Shown: positions 20,519 through 28,807, counted from the first letter of the stretch. The stretch is 64,000 nucleotides of DNA from an uncultured Acidobacteriota bacterium (GCA_963723965.1 CAVRSV010000020.1:10286-74285); one strand, 5' to 3'. Made by a program: numbers and translations. Notes: generated by a model from the sequence alone, not told the origin.

Positions 20519-20644
20519 GATAACTGCGACGCTGGCCTTCAGGCATGGCCGATCGATCATCCAACTCGAACTGGCGATTCTTTGCGCCGGGAGAGTCTGG
20601 TTGAATTCAACCCGGGACCGTCTCCGAGCCCCGATGTTTGGGTC

Positions 20645-21202
20645 TCACGGGGCCTCATAGAGGACTTCTGTCTCTTCTGATCCCTTGTCAACCAACCAGC
20701 CGGCAAGGGCCCCGATTCCTCCTCCGAGCATTCCGATAGTGCCACAAAGGCTGAAGCCGGACTCACTGGGTCGATCTCGGGCGACCTTGACACCCTCGCA
20801 GAGAAGCACAGCTCCGCCCGCACCGATCGCCGTTCCAAGCAGGAGTCCGTTCCCCACACTGTCGTTGACCCGCCTCGCAACATTCTCCACGGCTTGTTTC
20901 GGCACACGGATCTCAGTGCCCGCTTCACGGCGCACAGAAAGCGCGGCGGCATCGGACCCGAGATACTCGGCTTCGAAACGTTCGCCGGATTTCAGCGTTA
21001 CGATCAAGGACGTCCCGCTCTCCTGGGCCTCGACCTTCTCCCATCGGCCCGGCGGGACTTCGGCACATAGTAGTCTCCCATTGAAGAGAAGCGCAGCCAG
21101 TACGAGAGAACACCAGAGCCCTCGCGGGAGACAAGACAGCGAGATGCCTCTGATCCTGGTCTTCTCTCGGATTCCAGAACGCTGCATCAGGAATCGCTTC
21201 AT
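20645..21202 (-). CDS. hypothetical exported protein with C-terminal Gly-rich hydrophobic region
   Basis: 185-aa ORF. The hydrophobic segment is LWCSLVLAALLF and the Gly-zipper-like tail is GNGLLLGTAIGAGGAVLL...GMLGGGIGALAGWL. Confidence 0.45.
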   Translation of the reverse strand: MKRFLMQRSGIREKTRIRGISLSCLPRGLWCSLVLAALLFNGRLLCAEVPPGRWEKVEAQESGTSLIVTLKSGERFEAEYLGSDAAALSVRREAGTEIRVPKQAVENVARRVNDSVGNGLLLGTAIGAGGAVLLCEGVKVARDRPSESGFSLCGTIGMLGGGIGALAGWLVDKGSEETEVLYEAP

Positions 21203-21351
21203 GACGACCTCCCGCCGCGTCTAACGCAACACCGGTACCACTTCCGACCGCTCGGCCGCTCGACGGCATGGTCGATCCCCTGGCGCAGCAGTTCCACGGC
21301 CCGGTCCTTCGGTTTACCCTATCAGGTGTCTCACTTCTTGAGGGGGCACTA

Positions 21352-22951
21352 TACCTGCCTTCCCGTCCGCCCTGTCTGGCCCCGCAACCCAGGCGCCCAT
21401 TGCAGGGTCGAATCACCATTTCCGCTCCGATAGACTCACTCCCCGAAAAAGCAAATCCCTATCTGTTATCTGTTCGAACCGGGAGTGTTTCCGCATTGTT
21501 CCTCAAGACGGATCGCGGAGTGTGCCCGTTCCCGGGGCACGACAACTGACCCATTGAGACACGTTCTAGTGCGCCAGCAAGGCAGTGACCAGAAACCCGA
21601 TGTAGGTCCCGGCGGCGTAGCCAAGCGAGCCCACCAGAATGCCGGGCAGGGCAAGATCGTCACGTTCCAAACTGCGAGCCAAGGCGAGGGCGGAAACGCC
21701 GCCGCCAATGTTTGCTTGGGAAGCGACCGAAGCCACCGCCGGATCGACGCGAAAGAGTGCCGCGCCGCCGAACGTGATCAAAGCGTGCACGACAATGATG
21801 GTGGCGACCAAAATGACGAGATGAACTCCGAGTTGTCCCACGCCGGCCAGCGCCCGGACATCACAGAGAGCTCCAATGGCCGCGAGGAAGACCAGGATCG
21901 CAAACCAGCCGATGAGGTAAGCTCCCCTGATTTTGCGAATCAAGGGCACTTGAGCCAGGATCAAGGCGATGGTGGTGAGGATCAGGATCGACGGAACTTC
22001 CATTCCGAACACGGTTCCGGACCAGGCGGCCAGGCGGTCGCTGATCCACACCGATCCCATGCCCAACGCCGTCAAGAGGCCCAAGCCGGTCGCGGTCATG
22101 GTTTCTCCTTGCACTTCGATGCGTTGGTCGATTTTGCCGATTTCGTTTCCCGGCCGCCCGTAACGGGATTTCCAGAGCGGCGCCAACAGGGAGGGAATGG
22201 CCACCGTGGCGGCCATCCAAAGCGTGGTGGCCGCGTTATCGACCACGGCCGCGCCGGCGTAGAGGAGCCCGTCGCGCACTACGCCATAATGCACCGCCAC
22301 GGCATTGAAGTTGACGCTGCCGCCGATGTAGGTGCCGGTGTACATTCCGGCCAGAGCCGCGCCTTCCTCGCCGAAGACCCCGGTTCCACCGGTCACGCGC
22401 ATGCCCAGAAACACGCCCGCTACCGTGCCGGCGGCGCCGAGGGCGAACATGATCAGCATGGGCGCTCCCGCCTTCAGCACACTGTGCAGGTCCACGTGCA
22501 GCAACAGCCAGAAAATGGCCAGAGGAGCCAGCGTGCTGAAGATGGCGTCATAGACGGGCGACCCCTTGGTGACCGAAGGGATCAAGCCCACGTTGGCCAC
22601 GACCGCGGTCAGGACGATGACCAAAAGGGCCGAGCCCAGATGCTTGGCGGCCGTGTTTTGCGCCAGCCATTCGCTCAAGGCCACCATCAGGCCCAAGACG
22701 GCCATGATCCAAAGGGGATTCGACATGGGGACCGAGATTAAGGGGAAACGCCCGATCGAGGCAAGCGCGGGCCAGTCTCATTTCGGGTGGTAGGTGGTCC
22801 CGGCTTCAGCCGGTTGTTGCGGGCCAACGGGCCGAAGCCGGGACACCCAACGAGGGAACATCGAACTGGAAGGCGGGTGGTTTGGTGTCCGCGTTTTGAG
22901 CTGTTGGTGGCTGAAAGACAGCCTAAGGAGTACGGAGATACTCGGCTGGAA
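21352..22951. repeat. 1.6-kb direct repeat, copy A (DUF819 gene plus flanks)
   Basis: Near-identical to 37180..38761. One 7-bp indel lies near 21465, plus scattered substitutions. Similarity starts at cttcccgtccgccct and ends at ggagatactcg. Confidence 0.9.
21566..22726 (-). CDS. DUF819-family polytopic membrane protein, copy A
   Basis: 386 aa and highly hydrophobic throughout (MSNPLWIMAVLGLMVALSEWL...). The family call is from memory of DUF819/YjcL-like proteins. The paralogue at 37383..38543 differs at 11 of 386 residues. Confidence 0.75.
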   Translation of the reverse strand: MSNPLWIMAVLGLMVALSEWLAQNTAAKHLGSALLVIVLTAVVANVGLIPSVTKGSPVYDAIFSTLAPLAIFWLLLHVDLHSVLKAGAPMLIMFALGAAGTVAGVFLGMRVTGGTGVFGEEGAALAGMYTGTYIGGSVNFNAVAVHYGVVRDGLLYAGAAVVDNAATTLWMAATVAIPSLLAPLWKSRYGRPGNEIGKIDQRIEVQGETMTATGLGLLTALGMGSVWISDRLAAWSGTVFGMEVPSILILTTIALILAQVPLIRKIRGAYLIGWFAILVFLAAIGALCDVRALAGVGQLGVHLVILVATIIVVHALITFGGAALFRVDPAVASVASQANIGGGVSALALARSLERDDLALPGILVGSLGYAAGTYIGFLVTALLAH

Positions 22952-23173
22952 GTGTTCCGGAAGGCGTTCACGCCTTCCCGGGAGACTTCATTCGAAGGTT
23001 GTCCTGCCTTCGCGCATCGGCTCCACTACTAGGGAGCCAGACCACCGTGGGATCTCCCACCCCGGTTGGCACCCGGCACAGGCCGGGATTCCTGATGCTG
23101 TCAACAGAGGCCATTATAGCCGGCGACCCCGACCCGGCCCAGCGTTTTCCGTGTCATAGGGCACCCCTGCGGG

Positions 23174-23260
23174 CCGATGGGACCGATGCGATGGGACGGA
23201 TCGGGAACGTGGGACTGGCCGAGGATCATGGGACGGCCTGGGGCGCATGGGACGACCTCG
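23174..23260. repeat. array of (C/G)ATGGGAC motifs (left arm)
   Basis: ccgatgggaccgatgcgatgggacgg ... catgggacggcc ... catgggacgacc. The inverted counterpart lies at 23841..23905. Confidence 0.7.
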
Positions 23261-23374
23261 GTTCGATGAGACGGCCCCGAGTCCGTCGTTGCGCTTCCCT
23301 GGATGAGCGGTCAAACGACCGGCCTGGCGTGATAGCCTGCGCTTCGAGGACGTTGCGTGAACGGAGACCGCTCA

Positions 23375-23923
23375 ATGCTCGAGAAAGCCATTGAGATTGC
23401 CGCGCGGGCCCACACCGGTCAGGTCGACAAGGCTGGAGAGCCGTACATTCTTCATCCGTTGCGGGTGATGTCGCAGGTCACGGGCAGGCACGAGCGGATG
23501 GCCGCCGTGCTCCATGACGTGGTGGAGGACACCTCCGTCACGCTGGAAGATCTTCGCTCCCAGGGATTTCCGGAACCGGTGCTCGAGGCGGTCGAGGCTC
23601 TGACGAAGCGGGACGGCGAGACACGGATCGAAGCGGCCCGGCCGGCCCGTGCCAACCCAATTGCCCGAGAGGTCAAGATCGCCGACGTCCGGGACAACAT
23701 GGACCTGCGCCGGATTCCATATCCGACCGACGTCGACTTTGCCCGCCTGCGCGAGTATGAAGAAGTGCTCGAGCTCCTGAACCGGGCCCGAAACGGGCTG
23801 ATGCAACAAGCCCACGAAGGCCGATCCCCTCCGTCCCGTGGCTTCCATCGGCTCATGGAGGTCCCATCGGTCCCATCGGCTCATCAGTCCCAAGCCGTCC
23901 CAGGATTGGCCGGTCGCCCGTGA
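23375..23923 (+). CDS. stand-alone HD-domain (p)ppGpp-hydrolase-like protein (small alarmone hydrolase type)
   Basis: MLEKAIEIAARAHTGQVDKAGEPYILHPLRVM...AAVLHDVVEDTSVTLEDL... matches the RelA/SpoT hydrolase (Mesh1-like) motifs H..H, HD and ED. No synthetase domain is present. The last 40 or so codons run through the GTCCCAT repeat array. Confidence 0.75.
   Translation: MLEKAIEIAARAHTGQVDKAGEPYILHPLRVMSQVTGRHERMAAVLHDVVEDTSVTLEDLRSQGFPEPVLEAVEALTKRDGETRIEAARPARANPIAREVKIADVRDNMDLRRIPYPTDVDFARLREYEEVLELLNRARNGLMQQAHEGRSPPSRGFHRLMEVPSVPSAHQSQAVPGLAGRP
23841..23905. repeat. array of GTCCCAT/GTCCCAA motifs (right arm, inverted relative to 23174..23260)
   Basis: ccatcggctcatggaggtcccatcggtcccatcggctcatcagtcccaagccgtccc. 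The reverse complement of gtcccatcggtcccatcgg is ccgatgggaccgatgggac, which matches 23174-23197. Confidence 0.7.
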
Positions 23924-24136
23924 TCTCCACCCTGTCGCTTGCGCCACGCCGGGCTCCTCGACGCCGCTCACATCCTCCCCGACCGCAATCCCGAGGGGGT
24001 CCCCACGGTCGAAAACGGTTTAGCCCTCTGCAAACTCCACCACGCCGCGTTCGACCGCCACTTCCTGGGTATCACCCTCGACTCCATCGTCCAGGTCCGC
24101 GATTGGCGCAATTGGCGTAATTCGCTGGCTGTGTAG
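23924..24136 (+). pseudogene. HNH_2-type endonuclease fragment 1
   Basis: CRLRHAGLLDAAHILPDRNPEGVPTVENGLALCKLHHAAFDRHFLGI is the central HNH motif only. There is no N-terminal domain. It begins in frame immediately after the stop of the HD gene. Confidence 0.55.
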
Positions 24137-24171
24137 CCCGGAGAGTCGATCGAAGTCTTGGAACAACGGCG

Positions 24172-24671
24172 TCAGATCAGCTTCGGTCTGACGTCACGAA
24201 CGAGTCCCAGCAACAGGTGGTCCCAATCCGGTTCGAGGGGAACCATGAGATCCTGACGGTCCCAGACCAGCCCGTTCGACGAATCGGTGCTGCGATATGC
24301 CCAGTGTGTAATGCGCCACGACGTCGTCAGGTCGCAGACCACATCCCGGTCGCGGAGAAGCTCATCGACCAGAGTGCCGTCCTGCAAGTTACGGTCAATC
24401 CAGTGATCCAGGTGCCGACGCGAGGCAATCCGATCTCCCTTTGCGGAATTACAGGCGGCGTGAGCAAGCACGAAATTGTGCCCCAGGTTGACAGGATAGC
24501 GGGCCCACGGAATGAAGTGATCGACGTGAGCTGCAGAGGTGACCGGCTTCCTGCAGTAAAAGCACTCACCCTGCTGCAAGTCGCGCAGAACCGCGCGAAC
24601 CGCCCCTCATCCAACAGGCGCTGGATGTTGGTGAGAAACCGGATCTGCGATTCTGCGTCGATGGCTGACAT
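24172..24671 (-). pseudogene. HNH endonuclease, single frameshift in a C4/G4 run
   Basis: ORF 24172..24579 contains GECFYCRKPVTSAAHVDHFIPWARYPVNLGHNFVLAHAACNSAKGD (CxxC...H..H...N...CN HNH core). The ATG at 24671 gives MSAIDAESQIRFLTNIQRLLDEG in another frame. Adding one G to the run at 24603-24606 joins them into a 166-aa protein. The start lies 3 nt after the HIT stop. Confidence 0.7.
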
Positions 24672-24674
24672 GGC

Positions 24675-25076
24675 CTACCAGTAACGCACTTTCGCCGGGA
24701 TGACCCAACGCACGCCGCCGCGTGGATCTTCGACATCTCCGGTCCGCCGGGGAATCACATGAACGTGCGCATGCGCAATCGTCTGCCCGGCTGCTGTTCC
24801 ATCATTTACGCCGATGTTAAACCCGTCGGGTACTTCCTCCTCGGCCAGCTCCCGCCGGACGACACCAACCATCGCCCAGACAGCGACCCACTCCTCCTCA
24901 TTCAGTGTGAAGATGCTGGCAACATGTCGCCGGGGAACGACCAGCGTGTGCCCAGGGCTCACGGGAAAGCCGTCGCGCAAGGCAAGACATTCGGGCCCTG
25001 AGTGGACGATCCGAGCCGGATCGGGCTCACAGAAGGGGCAAGTGTCTGAGGTATTGACGGGTTCAGGCATCGACAA
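24675..25076 (-). CDS. HIT-family (histidine triad) nucleotide hydrolase/transferase
   Basis: 133 aa. It has CPFCEP, a GHTLVVPRRH-type fold and the catalytic triad motif HAHVHVIPR. Confidence 0.9.
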   Translation of the reverse strand: MSMPEPVNTSDTCPFCEPDPARIVHSGPECLALRDGFPVSPGHTLVVPRRHVASIFTLNEEEWVAVWAMVGVVRRELAEEEVPDGFNIGVNDGTAAGQTIAHAHVHVIPRRTGDVEDPRGGVRWVIPAKVRYW

Positions 25077-25234
25077 TGCTCCGCCCGCCGATGCTCACCC
25101 CAGGAATTCCCAGAGTCAACCCTGCTGTGTCACTTCGATTCAAAGCCAAGGCATCTCCAGCGGCTGAAGACCTCTCGGTGTGCAGCCACGCAAGACGCGA
25201 GATGGGGCCCGGCTCGGAGTGTCCGAAGGGACCG

Positions 25235-25864
25235 CTATTCCGAGCCGTCGCTCAACCAGCGCTGGACCTCGAGAAGGTACTCGGATACCTCCATTGTCTG
25301 GATGTCTTCTTTGGAGAACCCTTTCTGCTCGAGCCGCAGCTGCACATCAGCAACGAAATCGGAGAAGCGATAGTAGATTTCGGTCGGGCCGGCCAGGTCG
25401 GATTCCATCGTCGTGACCAGCCAGTTCCGCACCTCTCGAATGAGAGTCTGAACGTCGTCGTTGTGAGCCCGAATGTCGTTTCCCGAGAGGTCTGACAGGA
25501 CCTTCTGAAACCGGTACCTTTCAGTGTCCAACACCAAAGTCACTTTCCGTCGAAGGGAGTCACCCCCGAAATTGCGGCAACCCACGTCAATCCCCAACTC
25601 GAACGGGAGGTTGAAACGGGCGAGTTCGCCACGTCTCCGCGACTCCATTCGGGAAATGTCGTGGATGCTCCAGCGAGACGATCCGATGAGTTCCAGAATC
25701 TTGTGAATCCGGACTTCCCCGGAGTCGGCGCGTTCCAAGGCGATCCGGGGCCGAAGCCCGCAGTCGACGAGGGTGAACAGCAGGGCCTGGAGGAGGGGAA
25801 GGTACGTTTCGTCAAAAGGGCAGTTCACGAAAACGTTTTGTTCGAACCCCTCACCGTCAGTCAT
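25235..25864 (-). CDS. TIR-like / nucleoside 2-deoxyribosyltransferase-like (flavodoxin-fold) domain protein
   Basis: NVFVNCPFDETYLPLLQALLFTLVDCGLRPRIALE...IHKILELIGSSRWSIHDISR...RFNLPFELGI follows the strand-helix pattern of TIR-like/NDT-like domains. This call is by pattern only. The ATG at 25864 overlaps the DUF2188 stop (ATGACTGA). The track ORF extends to 25936. Confidence 0.45.
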   Translation of the reverse strand: MTDGEGFEQNVFVNCPFDETYLPLLQALLFTLVDCGLRPRIALERADSGEVRIHKILELIGSSRWSIHDISRMESRRRGELARFNLPFELGIDVGCRNFGGDSLRRKVTLVLDTERYRFQKVLSDLSGNDIRAHNDDVQTLIREVRNWLVTTMESDLAGPTEIYYRFSDFVADVQLRLEQKGFSKEDIQTMEVSEYLLEVQRWLSDGSE

Positions 25865-26111
25865 CGTCTCGTGAAACGACTTGGTACTGGCGCTGTATTC
25901 TGCCATCGGCCTTGTGCACGATGACTGAACCTCCACCCTTCTTTGTCACGGAATCCTTTGCCTTGGTGACCGCATCCTGTTTCTTTTCGAAGACGGCGCT
26001 GGCTCGTGTAGCGCCCTCACGCCGGACTGCCCAGCCGTCTTGCTTCGGGACGACGTGGATTCGTCTCCGAGACGACTTATCAGTCGACGTTGATGAAGCT
26101 CTTCGTGGCAT
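25857..26111 (-). CDS. DUF2188-domain small protein
   Basis: IHVVPKQDGWAVRREGATRASAVFEKKQDAVTKAKDSVTKKGGGSVIVHKADGRIQ matches the DUF2188 pattern (hV.p...GW.V..eG..ra...f.tq.eA...A......g.el.iH..dG.I). Confidence 0.7.
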   Translation of the reverse strand: MPRRASSTSTDKSSRRRIHVVPKQDGWAVRREGATRASAVFEKKQDAVTKAKDSVTKKGGGSVIVHKADGRIQRQYQVVSRDDD

Positions 26112-26223
26112 GATCTTCGAACCTCAGTCTATCCCATTCCGTTACCGGATGACACCAGTAATTACTCCTCTTGGGCCGGACGGTGCGGAGCACGGATCTT
26201 CCTTCCTCGAGTAGGTTCGATTC

Positions 26224-26841
26224 GTGAAAGTCGCCCTGAACGTCGTCACCGCCCCGGGCTACGACCGCAACGTCCTCCCCCAGCTCCTGAGAACCTGGTT
26301 CGGTCCCGACGCCGGCCTCCCCGGCACGAACCACACGGTCCGCTTCTCGCCCACGGACGCCGGTTGGGAGATGGAGCCGTCGAGAGAACAGCGCGACCGG
26401 CAACTCGAACTCTGGAAAGCCTATTCCCGGGAAGAGATCCCCGGCTTCTTCGGCGTCGAATTCAACCAAGGCAAATGGAACTCGGGCTTCATCACGATCC
26501 CGGGTCACATCTTCCTGCTCGTGACGCTCGAAAAGGACGACATGCAGGCCGACCACCGCTACACGGACCACTTCGAATCAGGCGACACCTTCGTCTGGCA
26601 AAGCCAGAACCAAACCAAACAAGACTCCAAGGACGGCCGAATGCTGAAGAACCACCAGGCGACCGGCGACACAGTCCACCTCTTCGTCCGCAAGACCAAG
26701 AAACGAGGCGGCCGAGCCGCCCCCTTCGTCTACTGCGGCCCCGTGGATTTCGAGTCGTGGGAAGGAGAGCAGCCGACCACGGTGATGTGGAGGCTGGGAG
26801 AATCCGTTCCACAGAGACTCGAATCACGATTCGGCATGTAA
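26224..26841 (+). CDS. stand-alone DUF3427-domain protein
   Basis: GTG start. YSREEIPGFFG...GHIFLLVTLEKDDMQADHRYTDHFESGDTFVWQSQNQT...VHLFVRKTKK...PFVYCGPV...PTTVMWRL matches DUF3427. That domain is normally the C-terminal domain of PLD-nuclease/SF2-helicase restriction-like proteins. The last four codons lie inside a repeat unit also found at 27696. Confidence 0.7.
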   Translation: MKVALNVVTAPGYDRNVLPQLLRTWFGPDAGLPGTNHTVRFSPTDAGWEMEPSREQRDRQLELWKAYSREEIPGFFGVEFNQGKWNSGFITIPGHIFLLVTLEKDDMQADHRYTDHFESGDTFVWQSQNQTKQDSKDGRMLKNHQATGDTVHLFVRKTKKRGGRAAPFVYCGPVDFESWEGEQPTTVMWRLGESVPQRLESRFGM

Positions 26842-26974
26842 TCGGGTCGGCCTTGCTCTTTCGGTCCCGGAAGGGGCCAGATTCCGATAGCCCGGGGTCA
26901 AGCCGAAGGCGCGATCCCGGGTTTGCGACCCAACGAGGAGAGACCGCCCCGGGCAGGGGCGGGATACGGCGGCC
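26826..26974 (+). repeat. REP-like unit, copy a
   Basis: acgattcggcat...ccggaaggggccagattccgatagcccggggtcaagccgaaggcgcgatcccggg...ccccgggcaggggcgggatacggcggcc. Related copies lie at 27584, 27696 and, inverted, at 27361. Confidence 0.8.
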
Positions 26975-27114
26975 GGCGCTCGGCGGCAATCTGGCCCCGT
27001 GACCGATCGGCCCAACGCAATCCCGACTGGTCCACTTGGACAATGGCCCATGACGGTTGTTCTCCCATCGGGATGGACTTTCCCCTATTCCTGGGCTTCC
27101 CTAAACTACACCCC

Positions 27115-27296
27115 ATGCCGCAATCATTCTCCTGCATTTGGATCCATCTAATTTTCTCGACCAAGGAACGCTACTGGACTCGGTCGAGCGGTACATAGAA
27201 AACCAGGAAGAACATCACCGCACGATGAGCTTCAAGGAGGAACTGATGAAGTTTCTCGACGAATACGAAATCGAATACGAGGAGGAATACCTTTAG
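27115..27296 (+). mobile_element. REP-associated tyrosine transposase (RAYT / IS200-like Y1) remnant with internal deletion
   Basis: The N-terminus MPQSFSCIWIHLIFSTKERY (frame 1) is fused out of frame to the C-terminus VERYIENQEEHHRTMSFKEELMKFLDEYEIEYEEEYL* (frame 0). The whole catalytic core (HUH, Tyr) is missing. Confidence 0.75.
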
Positions 27297-27360
27297 CGCA
27301 CGTCTCCGGCCGGGTTCAGTCAGCGAAGACGGAGGGCCGTGAGGTGAATGGGAGGACGTG

Positions 27361-27481
27361 GCCCGCCGTATCGCGCCCCTGCCCGGGGCGCCCAACGTGA
27401 AGGACGAACCTCAACCCGGGGTCGCTCTCTGCCTGCGGCTTCGCTTGACCCCGGGCTAACAGAATCCCGCCCCTTCCGGGG
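27361..27481 (-). repeat. REP-like unit, inverted copy
   Basis: gcccgccgtatcgcgcccctgcccggggcg...cttgaccccgggctaacagaatcccgccccttccgggg is the reverse complement of the unit at 26862-26974, with substitutions. Confidence 0.75.
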
Positions 27482-27583
27482 CTCCCCAATTGCCTTCGCA
27501 GTACACCACCCAAACGAACGATCTTCCCGGCCTGGGAATTGGCCCCCTTGGACCCTTGCGAATTCGCGCGACCCCCGTCAGAG

Positions 27584-27807
27584 GTCCCGGAGGGACCCGA
27601 TTCCGATAGCCTGGGGTCAAGCCGAAGGCGCGACCCCAGGTTCGCGACCGAACGATGAAAAGGGCGCCCCGGCGAGGGGCGCGATACGGTCGCCGACGAT
27701 TCGGCATTTAGGTTGGCCGGCCTTGCTCTCTCGGCACCGGAAGGGGCCAGATTCCGATAGCCCGGGGTCGAGCCGAAGGCACGATCCCGGGTCAGATTGA
27801 GCGACCA
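27584..27807 (+). repeat. REP-like units, tandem copies b and c
   Basis: Copy b is 27584-27694. Copy c is 27696-27807 and is truncated. Both are in the same orientation as copy a, and c again starts with acgattcggcat. Confidence 0.8.
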
Positions 27808-27884
27808 CCTCACGCCGCCAGCAACTCCCGAAACGACTTCAGAGATCGCTCTTGCTGATCCGGATTTCGGTAGCCGAACGGTAG

Positions 27885-28271
27885 AGCAGCCAGAATCAGC
27901 CGAACCTGCCGGCGGCCGGAGGTCACGGTGGCAATCGTGGCGGGAGATCGTTCGCCTCCTCCGTCACGAGAGAACACTCCCTCCCAGCACTGGAGGCGGC
28001 CCACATCCGACCCTATTCAGAAGGAGGCGAGCACCGGGTCTCGAACGGACTCCTCCTTCGGTCAGACATCCACCGTCTCTTGGACCAGGGCTACGTCACG
28101 GTCACCCCGGAACACCGATTCGAGGTCAGTCGGCGATTAAAGGAGGACTTTGAAAACGGCAAGTCCTACTATCCGCTCAACGGGAAGTTGATCATTCCGC
28201 CACAAGACAGACACGACTGGCCCGACCGGCGGGCACTCGAGTGGCATAACTCCGAGCGTTTCTTGGGGTAG
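27885..28271 (+). pseudogene. HNH_2-type endonuclease fragment 2 (C-terminal two thirds)
   Basis: An open frame without a start codon reads ...LEAAHIRPYSEGGEHRVSNGLLLRSDIHRLLDQGYVTVTPEHRFEVSRRLKEDFENGKSYYPLNGKLIIPP...*. The first start codon in frame is at 28080, so the N-terminal domain is absent. Confidence 0.6.
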
Positions 28272-28807
28272 AAATTCCGTAATCCTGATCGATGTGCCCG
28301 CGCCCGGCGCCATGCCGGAGTTCACCCCGGCCGATTATTATGTTGGCGCCTCACGGGCGAAGCAGTTGCTGGCGGTGGTTGCGGCGTGAGTCGCGGGTTG
28401 CCACTGAATGAATGAAGTAGCCCAGGACTGCGCCTGGCGGCTTGTCCTGGGGTGCTTCGTGTCGCCCGACCGGGTCGGGCTCGGCTGCTCGGTGATGGAG
28501 AGGCTCGATGGTGTATTTCGCGTATGGATCGAATTTGTTCCTGCCGCGGCTTTCGGCAGCGAGCGGTCCATCCAGTTGCTCCTTGACGCCGGCGGCCTCG
28601 GCCGACGCGCCGGATCTCGTCCGGCCTACAAACTCACCGGTGTCAACATTGTGAACGTGGTCTTTTCGAAGTCTGTCGTATTCGAGTGTTTCCTCCGCCT
28701 TTTCGGAGGAGAGGCGAGAGAACTACCCGCAGACTCTGCAATGCGCCGAGGAGCCGAGCAAGTGCTAATGATAAGTGTCGCTTTGGTCGATACATGGGTA
28801 GGAGAAA

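Noticed and set aside
21485-22741. 418-aa plus-strand ORF, and its twin 37173..38558 (461 aa)
   Set aside because: Both run antisense to the DUF819 genes. Their translations are extremely Arg/Gly/Asp/His/Gln-rich and non-protein-like. The minus-strand frames encode coherent polytopic membrane proteins.
22727-22960. Possible known riboswitch upstream of DUF819
   Set aside because: I could not find the conserved cores of the TPP, cobalamin, SAM, glycine, lysine or guanidine classes by eye. It is kept only as an unclassified hairpin finding.
26826-27807. CRISPR array
   Set aside because: The repeat units here, and those at 43.4-44.1 kb, are 90-150 nt and partly inverted, with no regular short spacers. 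There are no cas genes in the window.
23924-28271. Idea that the two HNH_2 fragments are one gene split by a 4-kb insertion
   Set aside because: Both fragments contain the same central AAHI...NGL...H..D motif. They overlap in protein coordinates and must derive from two separate paralogues.
28272-28807. About 120-codon open frame on the minus strand without any start codon (..LSSEKAEETLEYDRLRKDHVHNVDTGEF..), plus track ORFs 28338..28571 and 28408..28842
   Set aside because: No start codon or ribosome-binding site and no recognisable family. The listed ORFs overlap each other on opposite strands. This is probably non-coding or an unrecognisable relic.
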